Virus record (IMG/VR): IMGVR_UViG_3300044644_001556
Length of the DNA: 64,000 nucleotides
Strand: one strand, 5' to 3'
From: a virus
Of this stretch, positions 37,138 through 47,459 are shown one piece after another. The notes under the pieces were generated by a model, which did not search any database, was not told the DNA's origin, and worked only from the letters and a program-made list of their open reading frames with translations. The translations under genes were made by a program, and so were the position numbers. How positions within the stretch are numbered: the stretch's first letter is position 1; each line of letters starts with the position of its first letter.

Positions 37138-37320
37138 TTATGGTATTAAATGAACTCTATTAGCAGCTATTCGAATATTGACTCCATCGCTGCGTTTAAT
37201 ACATAGAGTCGGAATTTCGGTATAAATTACTTTAGTAATAACGCCAGTCGAATTCGGTTGGTTTTTAACTAACCAATAAACTTTATCACCGGGTTGTAAT
37301 TTTTTACGTAATTTTGACAT
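37138..37320 (-). CDS. small SH3/KOW-like protein
   Basis: LQPGDKVYW......GVI. Confidence 0.55.
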   Translation of the reverse strand: MSKLRKKLQPGDKVYWLVKNQPNSTGVITKVIYTEIPTLCIKRSDGVNIRIAANRVHLIP

Positions 37321-37342
37321 AACTCATTTCCTAAATAAAACA

Positions 37343-38239
37343 TTAATCAATATCGTGTTCTAAATTATATAATTCAGTATCTAATATTTTAGTGGTCGCT
37401 TCAATTAACATCCGATAGCCCCCATGATCGCAAGCTTGACTACCTTCATGACAACCAGGTAACCATTGCTTACGAGTTTTATCTATCAAATTATTAACAA
37501 ACGTACCTTTAATATAATCAGTAAGAAATACAGTTAATTCTTCAACCTTGTTTTTGACTATTAATTCAATAATATGATCATTCAAATTAAAGAATGTATT
37601 TCTAATATCATGCATCAATGTAACAACTACTAAATTAACTCTATTAGTTATTGGTGATTTTTCAAAGTAGCTTGAAAAACTGCTACTACTATTCAATTTA
37701 AATATAGAAAACATGATACTGTGGGTTGGATCATCTGGATCCGCCATACCACTTACCTTGTTTGTTAATACCTCAATAAATTCTGGTATTTCACTAAGAA
37801 CTTCTTGATATGTATATGGTTGATAACCTGATGCCTCAGCTATATAAACTTCCCGTACCCAATTGTCTAATACATAATCAACTACGTCTTTACGCATCAT
37901 AACGAAATCGATCAATCCTCCACCATAAGGATTATTGTATGTGATTTCATTGTCATGAACTAAATCAAAGAATTGATCGACATCAAATTCATCATCGTTA
38001 GATATATTACATTTTTCCTTGATCGCACGCATCAATGGATCCAATATCACTCCATGTGCATTATTACCACCACCGTAATCATTATAGTTACATTCAAACG
38101 GTACTAATACTGGTGTGAAGAACGATGTGCTGTAACATCTACCTACACCGCTATTCTGGACCAATATAAATGTATAAACTGGTTTATTATCAGTTATATG
38201 CAAATTCGATAAACCACATGTCTTATTCCAGCAACCCAT
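37343..38239 (-). CDS. hypothetical protein
   Basis: MGCWNKTC..S.L.I start, YNDYG and W.P...GSQ motifs. Confidence 0.72.
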   Translation of the reverse strand: MGCWNKTCGLSNLHITDNKPVYTFILVQNSGVGRCYSTSFFTPVLVPFECNYNDYGGGNNAHGVILDPLMRAIKEKCNISNDDEFDVDQFFDLVHDNEITYNNPYGGGLIDFVMMRKDVVDYVLDNWVREVYIAEASGYQPYTYQEVLSEIPEFIEVLTNKVSGMADPDDPTHSIMFSIFKLNSSSSFSSYFEKSPITNRVNLVVVTLMHDIRNTFFNLNDHIIELIVKNKVEELTVFLTDYIKGTFVNNLIDKTRKQWLPGCHEGSQACDHGGYRMLIEATTKILDTELYNLEHDID

Positions 38240-38437
38240 TATATTTTCCTAATTTTGACTTACGTAAAAAACGGTTTTGCAATCATTGCATTCATACATA
38301 ATTACTCGGTTATCGTAAATTTCAGTGACTACTGGAGTAAAATGTTCGTGGACTTCTAAAATTCCGCCATTCGGACTAATTGTTTTATCTAATTGATCAC
38401 TTGAACAATCTGGGCATTGCATAATTATATTCTCCGT

Positions 38438-38731
38438 TTAACTATATCGTACTAGCAAAAGTAAAGCTGGATTTGGTCTTCTTCGATCTTTTGGAAATGT
38501 GGTCCAGTAGTTAGATATTATACGTCTATTATACGATTTATCTAGCTCTATTTTATTAGTTAATTGTTTAGTAATAATTAACGTATTGATATATAAACTT
38601 AAATCTTGATAATTAGGAACTTGCCAATGCCTATACCCATCATGATTAAAAAACTGACGATATAATTGGACCTCAGACCAATTATTAATTACTTTAATTG
38701 AATCTATTGGCGCCCATATTAATTCATTCAT
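38438..38731 (-). CDS. divergent DUF1566-like protein
   Basis: NW.E..LY.QF..HDGY.HWQVP...YWT...LVR. Confidence 0.62.
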   Translation of the reverse strand: MNELIWAPIDSIKVINNWSEVQLYRQFFNHDGYRHWQVPNYQDLSLYINTLIITKQLTNKIELDKSYNRRIISNYWTTFPKDRRRPNPALLLLVRYS

Positions 38732-38739
38732 ATTTTAAA

Positions 38740-39420
38740 TTAAGCAGGAACTAAAACTGCAGCTAAAGCTTCTAATTGTTCTTTAGATAATCCAGAATTA
38801 TTAGTTATTGATTGGACTTGTCGTTCTTCCTCGAAATCATTTACGAATTGTTTATATTGATGATATAAGCGACTATTTTGCTTGATTACATCTTCACCTA
38901 ATTCAAATCGACCTTTTAAAACTTCTTTCGCGTAACTTAATGCAAATCTATCTTCGGTTGCAATAGCCGCTTCGCCTAACGGAAATGGTTCTTTTAATAT
39001 ATTTCTAGAGTAATAAAATGCATAATGCGGATCAGATGCGATTATAGGCTCACCTAATTCAAATCGTTCTTTAATTACTTCGGCGTAAGTAAATGCATAT
39101 CCCGGATTATCGATGAATAAATGATCTGCTAAATGGAATCGACCTTTTAAAATAGTTTTTGCATAATTTAAACTAAATAGTTCATTTGTCGCAATAATAT
39201 CTTCGCCTAATGTAAATGGACCTTTTAAAACTTTATATGCATATTCGTAGCTATATTCTGCCGATAACGCAATTATCTGTTCTAATTCATCATTCGGTTC
39301 TTCTAACGCTAATGCAATTTGGAATGCGGCTTTCGGACTAATAACTTTAACTAATATTTCTTTAGCTGGAAAATCATTAGATTGATCTTTAATTTCATCT
39401 ACTTGTGTAATTTCGGTCAT
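38740..39420 (-). CDS. ~25-aa tandem repeat helical protein
   Basis: Repeated YA..VLKG.F.LGE..IA. Confidence 0.7.
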   Translation of the reverse strand: MTEITQVDEIKDQSNDFPAKEILVKVISPKAAFQIALALEEPNDELEQIIALSAEYSYEYAYKVLKGPFTLGEDIIATNELFSLNYAKTILKGRFHLADHLFIDNPGYAFTYAEVIKERFELGEPIIASDPHYAFYYSRNILKEPFPLGEAAIATEDRFALSYAKEVLKGRFELGEDVIKQNSRLYHQYKQFVNDFEEERQVQSITNNSGLSKEQLEALAAVLVPA

Positions 39421-39471
39421 AAATATTCCTTTTTATAAATCGGTTAAGTCATAGAACTTTAAATTAATAAA

Positions 39472-39637
39472 TGACTGATGTATTACTATTTGTATCCCAG
39501 ATCAGTCAATAGATACGTTATACTCAATCTAACTCGAACCAAGGCAATGGTGTAAATTAAATTAGTACCTTATAAGGAGAGTGGACGCCCAAACTATCCA
39601 CTACTTATGATAAACGAACTTTCGATAGTAATTGCAA
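39472..39637 (-). ncRNA. pseudoknotted 5'-UTR RNA, copy 2
   Basis: Same stems as copy 1; loop TGACTGAT pairs with 3' ATCAGTCA (compensatory change). Confidence 0.65.
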
Positions 39638-39696
39638 AATTTGTCCGTACACCATGAACATATGAAGTCACTCATCATGCCATATTCTTTAAATCG

Positions 39697-40167
39697 TTAG
39701 CCGTCCCATTCGACTAACGTTGCGTTATTTCCGATCGCAAATTCTTCTAATAATTCAATAACTCGATTTTCATCCCCGCCTGCTAATCCGCAGCCGATTA
39801 ATGGGAATCCGAATCGTTTACCTTTTAATGCGTCGATACTACCTAATTGTCTTAAGATATTTTTAAAACCATCATATTCAAAAACATCTTCACCTCGACT
39901 AAAATCATATTGTGTATATGCATTACAAATAATAAATATCCGACCGTTCCGCTCTACTGTCGTAAAATTATAAGTCCCGACTTTATTTGCGCCTTTTACT
40001 GTTAAATTATCACTAACTACGACTTCGGGAAATAATTTAGCGATCTGACCAGCAATACCACTAGCCATCACATTAAAACAATTACACCCATGAACAATTA
40101 CATCAAATTTTCCATCAGTTGCTAATTGTAATAAATCGCCGGTTACTCGTTTTAAATGTTTAGTCAT
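39697..40167 (-). CDS. macrodomain (ADP-ribose binding/hydrolase) protein
   Basis: GDLL, IVHGCNC...M.SGIA, NAYTQ, FPLIGCGLAGG. Confidence 0.88.
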   Translation of the reverse strand: MTKHLKRVTGDLLQLATDGKFDVIVHGCNCFNVMASGIAGQIAKLFPEVVVSDNLTVKGANKVGTYNFTTVERNGRIFIICNAYTQYDFSRGEDVFEYDGFKNILRQLGSIDALKGKRFGFPLIGCGLAGGDENRVIELLEEFAIGNNATLVEWDG

Positions 40168-40197
40168 TATCTATTCCGTTTATTTTTAATTCAATAT

Positions 40198-40226
40198 ATT
40201 ATAATACGATAATACACATAAGTCAA
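40198..40226 (-). promoter_or_regulatory. sigma70-like early promoter
   Basis: TTGACT-17-TATAAT. Confidence 0.7.
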
Positions 40227-40231
40227 CAAAA

Positions 40232-40807
40232 TTATTCATTATATGCGGCCATTACTAAACCAACATAATTTTTCGTTTCTGGATATGGTGGGATACTATT
40301 ATTATGGCGCATTACGGCATGTTCGCCAGCATTATAACCAGCAATTGCTAATTTAGTATCCTTAAATGTATCTAATAAAAATTTAAGAAATTTTACTCCA
40401 CCGTCGATATTTTGTTTAGCGTCGGCTCGATCAGATACTCCAAATCGAGTAGCAGTTGCCGGCATTAATTGCATTAAACCAACAGCTCCTTTTTTACTGA
40501 CCGCTTTAGTCCTATATGTACTTTCAGTTTTAATAACCGCATGTATTAATTTTTCATCAACATTATATTTTAATGATGCTTTATGAATATAACTATTAAT
40601 TTCTTGTGCAGTTAAAACTTTAGGTTTTATTTTCGGTTTAGTCGATGCTTTTATAATAGGTTGTATTATTTTTATAGTCGGACTATTATTGGGTAAAACA
40701 ATCGGATCACTAGTTATAAACAATCTACCGGAATTATCAGATTCTATATAAACATTCGCACTAACCGGCGTTATAATTAATGCAGATACTATTAATGCTT
40801 TTATCAT
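40232..40807 (-). CDS. soluble lytic transglycosylase (SLT domain) with signal peptide
   Basis: AVIKTES, AVS.KGA.GLMQLMP.TA, AGYNAGE, PPYPET..YV. Confidence 0.9.
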   Translation of the reverse strand: MIKALIVSALIITPVSANVYIESDNSGRLFITSDPIVLPNNSPTIKIIQPIIKASTKPKIKPKVLTAQEINSYIHKASLKYNVDEKLIHAVIKTESTYRTKAVSKKGAVGLMQLMPATATRFGVSDRADAKQNIDGGVKFLKFLLDTFKDTKLAIAGYNAGEHAVMRHNNSIPPYPETKNYVGLVMAAYNE

Positions 40808-40943
40808 ATAATTTACCTTTTATTAAATAAGTTAGTTAATACAACAATATTAATTATACAGCATTTACCGATAAATGACTAACAATAAATCCAAAACATC
40901 TTCATCGTTAGTCTAATATAATCATAAGATGAGATTATTAACA

Positions 40944-41450
40944 TTAATTATAGCAAATTTTATTAACTAAGTTATTTACGGTAGATAAACCATTTTTACC
41001 AGTTATCTCAAATACTAATTTTTGATTTGTTAGATAAATTAAAAGTATATTAATATTAGAAGTATTTTCGTAAATATTAATTGCGCTAATATTAGCTAAC
41101 GGAATAATATATAGTCCGCCACTAGTAGAAAGAACTAATGGTGTTTTGCATCCACCAGGTTGAATATTTTTTATATTATCTGTTTTAATAATTTCATTAT
41201 CGGAATGGTCCGAATCATCTTTCGTTGTAGTAGTGGTTACTGATGCTACTATTTGTGGATCAGTTTTAATAATTTCATTATCCGAATGACCCGAATCGTC
41301 TTCCGTTGTAGTAGTGGTTGTAGTTACTGATGCTACTATTTGTGGATCAGTTTTATGTCGGGCATTATTTTGGGCGATCGTTCCCGCAACGACTGTAATC
41401 CCGAAAATAATTATCGATACTAGACATACTTTTGCTATATCATCAATCAT
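40944..41450 (-). CDS. membrane-anchored protein with internal duplication
   Basis: TM segment; KTDPQIVASVT(n)..DDS.HSDNEII twice. Confidence 0.65.
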   Translation of the reverse strand: MIDDIAKVCLVSIIIFGITVVAGTIAQNNARHKTDPQIVASVTTTTTTTEDDSGHSDNEIIKTDPQIVASVTTTTTKDDSDHSDNEIIKTDNIKNIQPGGCKTPLVLSTSGGLYIIPLANISAINIYENTSNINILLIYLTNQKLVFEITGKNGLSTVNNLVNKICYN

Positions 41451-41868
41451 TTACTAATTCCTTATTCGTTTTATCTTTAATTAATATTACGTTATTTTTA
41501 CTACTTTTACCAAAAAAATCTATTAATCCAGTTTCGAAATCATAAACCCAAGCTAATGGACTATGATGTTCAACACTAGACCAATATCTCTTATTGTATA
41601 AATCACCGACCGCATTATATATTTGACCTAATTCATCAATATCTGGTAATCGCCATCCATCTAAATTAGCTTGCTGGATTTCATGCCAAGTTAATGGAAT
41701 ATCGTAACCTAGTGATACTTCAAATGGTAAACCTAATAACTTACCTGAGGCGGCTTTTTGCTTTAATGCGATTATTCGATCAAAAAATTCATCACTTAAC
41801 GGCTTTGCTTGTTCTACTAATAACTGATTATCTAATAACGTCAAAATAGCAGCTTCAAAATCATTCAT
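41443..41868 (-). CDS. DUF1566-like domain protein with N-terminal extension
   Basis: LTW.E....GWRLPDIDEL...YWSS.E....AW. Confidence 0.75.
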   Translation of the reverse strand: MNDFEAAILTLLDNQLLVEQAKPLSDEFFDRIIALKQKAASGKLLGLPFEVSLGYDIPLTWHEIQQANLDGWRLPDIDELGQIYNAVGDLYNKRYWSSVEHHSPLAWVYDFETGLIDFFGKSSKNNVILIKDKTNKELVND

Positions 41869-42055
41869 AATAATACTCGATTACTTATATTCGCCAATTT
41901 CGGATTCGTAGGTTAAATCGCAGCAATTACAAACATGCCATTCAACATTTTTTGGCGCATCAGGCCAATAATGAAACATTTTACATCCACACTGACATGT
42001 AAATACATTTCCTTTTATTTTAATAAAATGAGAATCAATTACAGTATCCATATTA

Positions 42056-42502
42056 TCATTTAAACCAATTTAATATATTATCGATGAATGACGGTAACGG
42101 TTTAGGTTTACTGATAGGTATATCCCATGTTATAGTCAGCCCATCTACGATTTTGGAAACCGCTATTAAAAATGAATTTGGCTCGACGATATAACCGGCA
42201 TTAATAAAATCATTAGTTAATTGAAGTTCGAACCAAGTTATTTCAAACGGATTAACTTCTTTTAAATGTTCGTAACACCACGGCATTAATAATTGAGTAT
42301 CTCTAATGTAATATGTTTTCGGCGTAAAACAAATATGAACCGACATATGACCGTCGGCACCCAAGTTTTCCATCGTGGTTAATAATCGTGATACGATTCT
42401 ACTATAATCGGGTAATAAATTACGGTTCTTCGCCTCAATCGATATTTTTTTTAATTCTTGAGCTGCCGTTATTTTCGGAATTGAAACCATAATACCTCTC
42501 AT
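42056..42502 (-). CDS. hypothetical protein
   Basis: ORF with upstream promoter. Confidence 0.6.
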   Translation of the reverse strand: MRGIMVSIPKITAAQELKKISIEAKNRNLLPDYSRIVSRLLTTMENLGADGHMSVHICFTPKTYYIRDTQLLMPWCYEHLKEVNPFEITWFELQLTNDFINAGYIVEPNSFLIAVSKIVDGLTITWDIPISKPKPLPSFIDNILNWFK

Positions 42503-42562
42503 TTATAAAATAATTAAAAATAATATTATAATACAATCATAATATTAAATCAATACAAAAAA

Positions 42563-42820
42563 TTAATTATATCGTATTGGAACAATAACGAACGTGCGAC
42601 CAGTCTTTAAAATCATTTCTATTAATAATGGATTATCATCGCGAAACATCATATCTGTAATATTTAAATCTACTGGTAGTATATGACGCATAGCTAAAAT
42701 ATTATCGAAAGTGGGTAATATCCAATCTTGATGTCCATTATATTCCAAAAATTGACAATATAATTCAGCTTGGTAATACCCCATGGTTTGATTTGTTAAG
42801 GGTGGGGCATATTCTATCAT
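42563..42820 (-). CDS. DUF1566-like mini-protein
   Basis: MIEYAP...YCQFLEYNGHQDWILPT...PIR. Confidence 0.75.
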   Translation of the reverse strand: MIEYAPPLTNQTMGYYQAELYCQFLEYNGHQDWILPTFDNILAMRHILPVDLNITDMMFRDDNPLLIEMILKTGRTFVIVPIRYN

Positions 42821-42842
42821 AAATTAAAACTACGGAAGTGAC

Positions 42843-43100
42843 TCATTCTTTTATAAATCGTATTTTTGTTAATTTAGTAACAAATGTAGTCGGTCTTAAT
42901 TTAGTAATGCATATAGTTTCTAATTTATCATCAACTGTTATATGACTAATATCGTATTCTCTACCTTTATAATTTGCTATACATCTATAGCCAGATGAAA
43001 TGCGATATGCTTCTTTTTGATATGAATTATATTCATTATTAAAATTATCGACGTCAGTCGAATAAATTTTTTGTTCTTTTATTAAATCTGAAATATTCAT
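42843..43100 (-). CDS. hypothetical protein
   Basis: ORF. Confidence 0.55.
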   Translation of the reverse strand: MNISDLIKEQKIYSTDVDNFNNEYNSYQKEAYRISSGYRCIANYKGREYDISHITVDDKLETICITKLRPTTFVTKLTKIRFIKE

Positions 43101-43108
43101 TGTTTATT

Positions 43109-43318
43109 TTAGTTATCAATTGACCTTACTGGAGTAACGGTAAATTTACCGCGAGTCTGATCATCTAAATACCAACCATAAATTCCGTGAGTATTATGAT
43201 ATTCTTCTTTAGTAGGTAATCGCCAATTATTAAACCCGTCATGATTACAAAAAGTACAATACAATAACGCATCATCATAAGTCATCTCTTTTTCCGTTCT
43301 CGGAGCTTGTATAAACAT
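43109..43318 (-). CDS. DUF1566-like mini-protein
   Basis: MTYDDALLYC.FC...WRLPT..E...PVR. Confidence 0.78.
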   Translation of the reverse strand: MFIQAPRTEKEMTYDDALLYCTFCNHDGFNNWRLPTKEEYHNTHGIYGWYLDDQTRGKFTVTPVRSIDN

Positions 43319-43367
43319 AATTTACCATATAAATTTAGCTCCGCATATTAAGGCGGAGCTAATAACA

Positions 43368-43589
43368 TTAAGCTGCGTCTAATAGTTGTATTTGAATATC
43401 GTTTTTTGCTTCCGCTATATGAGTATCTACGTAATGATCAGCGATTCTCATAATTTGAAATGTATTGATATCGCCTTCTACTTCACCTTCAGTCATTTTT
43501 TCGTAGATAGCGTCTAATAACCAATCACCTAACATTAAATCGTTATCTTTAACTGTTATTGTAGTTACTACTTTATATGTCTTTGCCAT
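43368..43589 (-). CDS. hypothetical protein
   Basis: AAGGA SD, followed by hairpin ttagctccgc/gcggagctaa. Confidence 0.6.
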   Translation of the reverse strand: MAKTYKVVTTITVKDNDLMLGDWLLDAIYEKMTEGEVEGDINTFQIMRIADHYVDTHIAEAKNDIQIQLLDAA

Positions 43590-43637
43590 GTTTTTCCTTT
43601 ACTATTAATTAATCTCAAGTTATTTATATTCGAGTAA

Positions 43638-43871
43638 TTATTGATCGATGCTTATATTTTTATTGCGGACTGGATAAACAACTAACGATAGACCTTTTCG
43701 ATTATATAGACTTTGGCTTTGATTATGCCAACCATGAATTTGAGTATATTCTATCCATTCGGTCCATGTCGGCATTCGCCAATCAGCATATCCATTATAA
43801 TTTAAAAATTGACAATATAATATCGCATCTTCTAATAAAACTAAACCTGATCTAGGAGCTATTTCTATCAT
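43638..43871 (-). CDS. DUF1566-like mini-protein
   Basis: Family motif; ATGA coupling. Confidence 0.78.
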   Translation of the reverse strand: MIEIAPRSGLVLLEDAILYCQFLNYNGYADWRMPTWTEWIEYTQIHGWHNQSQSLYNRKGLSLVVYPVRNKNISIDQ

Positions 43872-44092
43872 GCAGTTCTAATTGGCGTTACTATCCGCAC
43901 AAATCTAACATTAATACTACCCTCGTACCAAATATTAATCATTGATCCTCTACTCTTACTGTTAATATAATAATATTCTTCTTTAGTAGGCATTCGCCAA
44001 TCATTATATCCATTATAATTTAAAAATTGACAATATAATAATGCATCAGCATATACCATTTTATTTTTTGGGGATGGGGCTATTTCTATCAT
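43868..44092 (-). CDS. DUF1566-like mini-protein
   Basis: Family motif; start revised to the ATGA junction. Confidence 0.78.
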   Translation of the reverse strand: MIEIAPSPKNKMVYADALLYCQFLNYNGYNDWRMPTKEEYYYINSKSRGSMINIWYEGSINVRFVRIVTPIRTA

Positions 44093-44295
44093 ATATCTCG
44101 CACCGGAACTATAGCCCAATCCCCATCATCAAATTGAATAATCATCTGACACCAACTTATAATATGATAATCATCACATTCTTTTTTAGTCGGCATTCGC
44201 CAATCATTATGGCCCCGGTATTCTAAAAATTGGCAATATAATATAGCGTTATTATATGTCATTAATTCCGATAATTCTTCCGCTATCTCGATCAT
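44089..44295 (-). CDS. DUF1566-like mini-protein
   Basis: Family motif. Confidence 0.78.
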   Translation of the reverse strand: MIEIAEELSELMTYNNAILYCQFLEYRGHNDWRMPTKKECDDYHIISWCQMIIQFDDGDWAIVPVRDI

Positions 44296-44507
44296 ATATC
44301 ACGAACTGGATTTACCGGAGCTAATAACCCAGGTCGAAACTTCATATCAACCTGCCACCAATGATCATACCCGAGACCATATTCTTTACATTCAGCAAAT
44401 GTCGGTAATCGCCAATCAGTATAACCATTATAATTTAAAAATTGGCAATATAATATTGCATCATCATACGATAATAGTTTTTTACATTTTGGCGCTATTT
44501 CTATCAT
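44292..44507 (-). CDS. DUF1566-like mini-protein
   Basis: Family motif; start at MIEIAP. Confidence 0.75.
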   Translation of the reverse strand: MIEIAPKCKKLLSYDDAILYCQFLNYNGYTDWRLPTFAECKEYGLGYDHWWQVDMKFRPGLLAPVNPVRDI

Positions 44508-44670
44508 TATTTCCAATTGTTACAAAAAATACCTTGATGTAATCTTACAATTCCGTATAAGATATATTTGTAAATTGTCGCCCATAATGGTAATTTGTTA
44601 TTAGTGAAACATAACATTTCGAAATGTTCATATATTGTTTGCATATTTAATTTTCCTTGATATAAATGTA

Positions 44671-44919
44671 TTAATGATACTTGATAACACAATTACCACT
44701 AACTTCGACCATACTGTTCGATTCTTTATCTATAAAATAATAACCGTCGGATTCATGGCTATTCATAATCTTACCAGTACTATCACCATCGTAAATTACA
44801 GTATCACCCGAATAACATTTGACATGCCCTGATTCACCTAATGATTTAAATTTACCGATATTCGCATCAGTACATGCACTTACCATCAATGTAAAAATTA
44901 TAATTAAACTTTGTTTCAT
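44671..44919 (-). CDS. putative lipoprotein
   Basis: Lipobox VSA-C after a hydrophobic leader. Confidence 0.65.
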   Translation of the reverse strand: MKQSLIIIFTLMVSACTDANIGKFKSLGESGHVKCYSGDTVIYDGDSTGKIMNSHESDGYYFIDKESNSMVEVSGNCVIKYH

Positions 44920-44928
44920 TTTATTTTC

Positions 44929-45150
44929 CTATTTTATATCTCGAACTGGTGTTATATGTAATTTAAAATCTTTACCGGAATAATGATCTGCATCGTATAA
45001 CCACCCCCATACTTCAATCGTATTTTGATGCCAATCAAACATATTCGGCATCCGCCAATCGGTATACCCATCATACTCTAAAAATCGACAATATAATAAC
45101 GCTTCATCATAAGTCATTTTTTTATCAGCAATCGGAGCTATTTGAATCAT
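44929..45150 (-). CDS. DUF1566-like mini-protein
   Basis: Family motif. Confidence 0.78.
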   Translation of the reverse strand: MIQIAPIADKKMTYDEALLYCRFLEYDGYTDWRMPNMFDWHQNTIEVWGWLYDADHYSGKDFKLHITPVRDIK

Positions 45151-45407
45151 TATTCATTCACTGAATAAACAAAATCATTAATATTAAATTGGTCGGTGTA
45201 ATACCGCAACTCAATATCTCGATCTAAATACAATAACATCCCATCACCGTTTAATGGATCAATCTCTAAATCTAATGATTTAACTTCGCATATATTCATA
45301 CCAGTAATAAATTTTACGGAGCAATTATCATTAACGATTAAATAATTACCAGAACCACTAGCAATACCTTTTTCTTTTAACTCAATTAAAAAATCATGAT
45401 ACGTCAT
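45150..45407 (-). CDS. hypothetical protein
   Basis: GAGG SD. Confidence 0.6.
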   Translation of the reverse strand: MTYHDFLIELKEKGIASGSGNYLIVNDNCSVKFITGMNICEVKSLDLEIDPLNGDGMLLYLDRDIELRYYTDQFNINDFVYSVNE

Positions 45408-45495
45408 TTTTATTAACCTCTAAAAAATAAACTACACATACAAATACAAATGATTGTATTATACAAAATATATCTACTATTTTTTCTGGTTCCAT

Positions 45496-45714
45496 TTAAA
45501 TATCCCTTACTGGTACAACATACCAACCATCCGAGTCGTCTTTTAATGCATCATCCAAATACCAAACATCAGATTGATATAAATCAGCATCATCATATTC
45601 TGGTTTCGTTAATAACCGCCAATCGTTATAACCACCGTAAGTACAAAATGCACAATATAAAACTGCATCATCATACGACATTCGATTGTCTGATTTAATT
45701 CCCCATTCTAACAT
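45496..45714 (-). CDS. DUF1566-like mini-protein
   Basis: Family motif (WRLLT variant). Confidence 0.75.
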   Translation of the reverse strand: MLEWGIKSDNRMSYDDAVLYCAFCTYGGYNDWRLLTKPEYDDADLYQSDVWYLDDALKDDSDGWYVVPVRDI

Positions 45715-45968
45715 GCAATCTCTCGCTGTAATTCTTGTTCTAATATTTCAACTTGATTATCAGTTAAATTCAACTTGTATAATAAGATATTTAAATTACC
45801 GATACTCCGGCCAAATGCGTTAGCATAATAAACATAATTAGCTGCTCCTTCATTTTCTTTTTGAGTCGCTAATCTATGACAATCATCAGAATGTCTATTA
45901 ACGTACGCATTAATTTTATGATATTTTGTTAATACTGTAGTTTCGTTAAATATATCTAATTGTTCCAT
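45708..45968 (-). CDS. hypothetical protein
   Basis: ORF with upstream promoter. Confidence 0.6.
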   Translation of the reverse strand: MEQLDIFNETTVLTKYHKINAYVNRHSDDCHRLATQKENEGAANYVYYANAFGRSIGNLNILLYKLNLTDNQVEILEQELQREIAC

Positions 45969-46023
45969 TTTATAGTCTCTTATTAAATTAGTTAATTAAT
46001 ACAACTAATATATTATAATACAG

Positions 46024-46536
46024 CTAATCAATATTATCAATATTTTTATTTGTAACGATAATACACGGCAACCTATCTGAGGGGGCGACCGGTATTTCGT
46101 AATATGAATGATAACTATGCCTACCCATTAGCGCCTCATGCCAAATTATACTAGAACGTTTCGCATCAATTAACGGAATTGAACCGACATAATATTTTTC
46201 TGGTATATCAGCTTTAGTATTACTAATCCAGATAAATCGACCCCGAGGTATATCAGTTCGATTATTATATAAGTTCGTTATTGCGTATATTTCATCATTA
46301 TTAGGTAATCGCCAATCAATATTAAAACAAAGCAATAATTTTACTTCATCATGGGTTAATAAATTATCAATTACCTTATACTCAAGTTTATCATCAATTG
46401 CTAATAAATCATCTATAACTCGTTGTTGAATTGATAATAGCCGGCGTTTATCGTACCAAAACCATAAACTTACAGATAACCATATGATTGCAGTAAGACC
46501 GACTGCAAAAAGACCATGCATAATATTTACCCACAT
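46024..46536 (-). CDS. membrane-anchored divergent DUF1566-like protein
   Basis: N-terminal TM plus LT.DE...DWRLPN..E...W. Confidence 0.6.
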   Translation of the reverse strand: MWVNIMHGLFAVGLTAIIWLSVSLWFWYDKRRLLSIQQRVIDDLLAIDDKLEYKVIDNLLTHDEVKLLLCFNIDWRLPNNDEIYAITNLYNNRTDIPRGRFIWISNTKADIPEKYYVGSIPLIDAKRSSIIWHEALMGRHSYHSYYEIPVAPSDRLPCIIVTNKNIDNID

Positions 46537-47069
46537 TATTGTATAAAATATGGTATATCGCGTTTAGTCCATTTAAATATATGACGCTTTCCGTTATTGT
46601 AATAATTATGGTACGCTTTAACCGAACTACTATCCTTATACTCATCTGGCATGGCGGGTGGAGGCTCACTAAATGCATTTGATGAAATATTAGCAGGCAA
46701 ATTAACTAAATACTTTAATAATCTAGATGAAGCATGTACTTTACCATAACGATACGTATACTCTTCCATTAATTTAACCCACAAATTATACAACCATGTA
46801 TAATTATCACGACTTTGTCTTACCCAGGCACTAGAGGGGTGATTTGTATGCGAATCTTGATATAAATTTTCATTTAATTCTAAATCAGCTAAAACATAAC
46901 GTTTAACTTTTTTACCAGAGTTAGATAATACCTGCATTTGTTCACCATCTAACACTCGATGAGCTACTGATAATAATTGCGCGTATTCTAATATCATTTT
47001 AACGCAATGTTTATCGGTATGATACCGAGCACATAATTCTACATCATGATCTAAATAAAATATATTCAT
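46536..47069 (-). CDS. pyrimidine-dimer DNA glycosylase family protein
   Basis: MNIFYLD...A..H.DKH.VKMILE.AQLLS, H.NHP...W.R, PAMP...AY..YY. Confidence 0.75.
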   Translation of the reverse strand: MNIFYLDHDVELCARYHTDKHCVKMILEYAQLLSVAHRVLDGEQMQVLSNSGKKVKRYVLADLELNENLYQDSHTNHPSSAWVRQSRDNYTWLYNLWVKLMEEYTYRYGKVHASSRLLKYLVNLPANISSNAFSEPPPAMPDEYKDSSSVKAYHNYYNNGKRHIFKWTKRDIPYFIQ

Positions 47070-47208
47070 CCTAACTTCTCCATTTAATTAGTTAATTTTT
47101 CAATACCAATATATTATAAGATATCTAGACAAATTAGTCTACCATTCCCTAGCTAATATATTATATTATTGTGTTATTTTGATTTTAATTTGGAGTATCC
47201 GATTGTTT

Positions 47209-47457
47209 TTAATCGATTATATCTCTTACTGGAATTACTTTGCGACTGGGATGCGGATTAAATGTAAATCTTTTAATATCCGAATACCAACAGAATTTTG
47301 AATTAATTCGAAAATAAATATTCGAGGCACTAGAACAACATTCATCCCACGTCGGTAATCGCCAATCAGTATAACCATTATGAGCACAAAATTGGCAGTA
47401 TACAATCGCCTCTTCATACGTCATATCATCATTAGTTGGAGGAGCTGCTTGTATCAT
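47209..47457 (-). CDS. DUF1566-like mini-protein
   Basis: Family motif. Confidence 0.78.
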   Translation of the reverse strand: MIQAAPPTNDDMTYEEAIVYCQFCAHNGYTDWRLPTWDECCSSASNIYFRINSKFCWYSDIKRFTFNPHPSRKVIPVRDIID

Positions 47458-47459
47458 AA

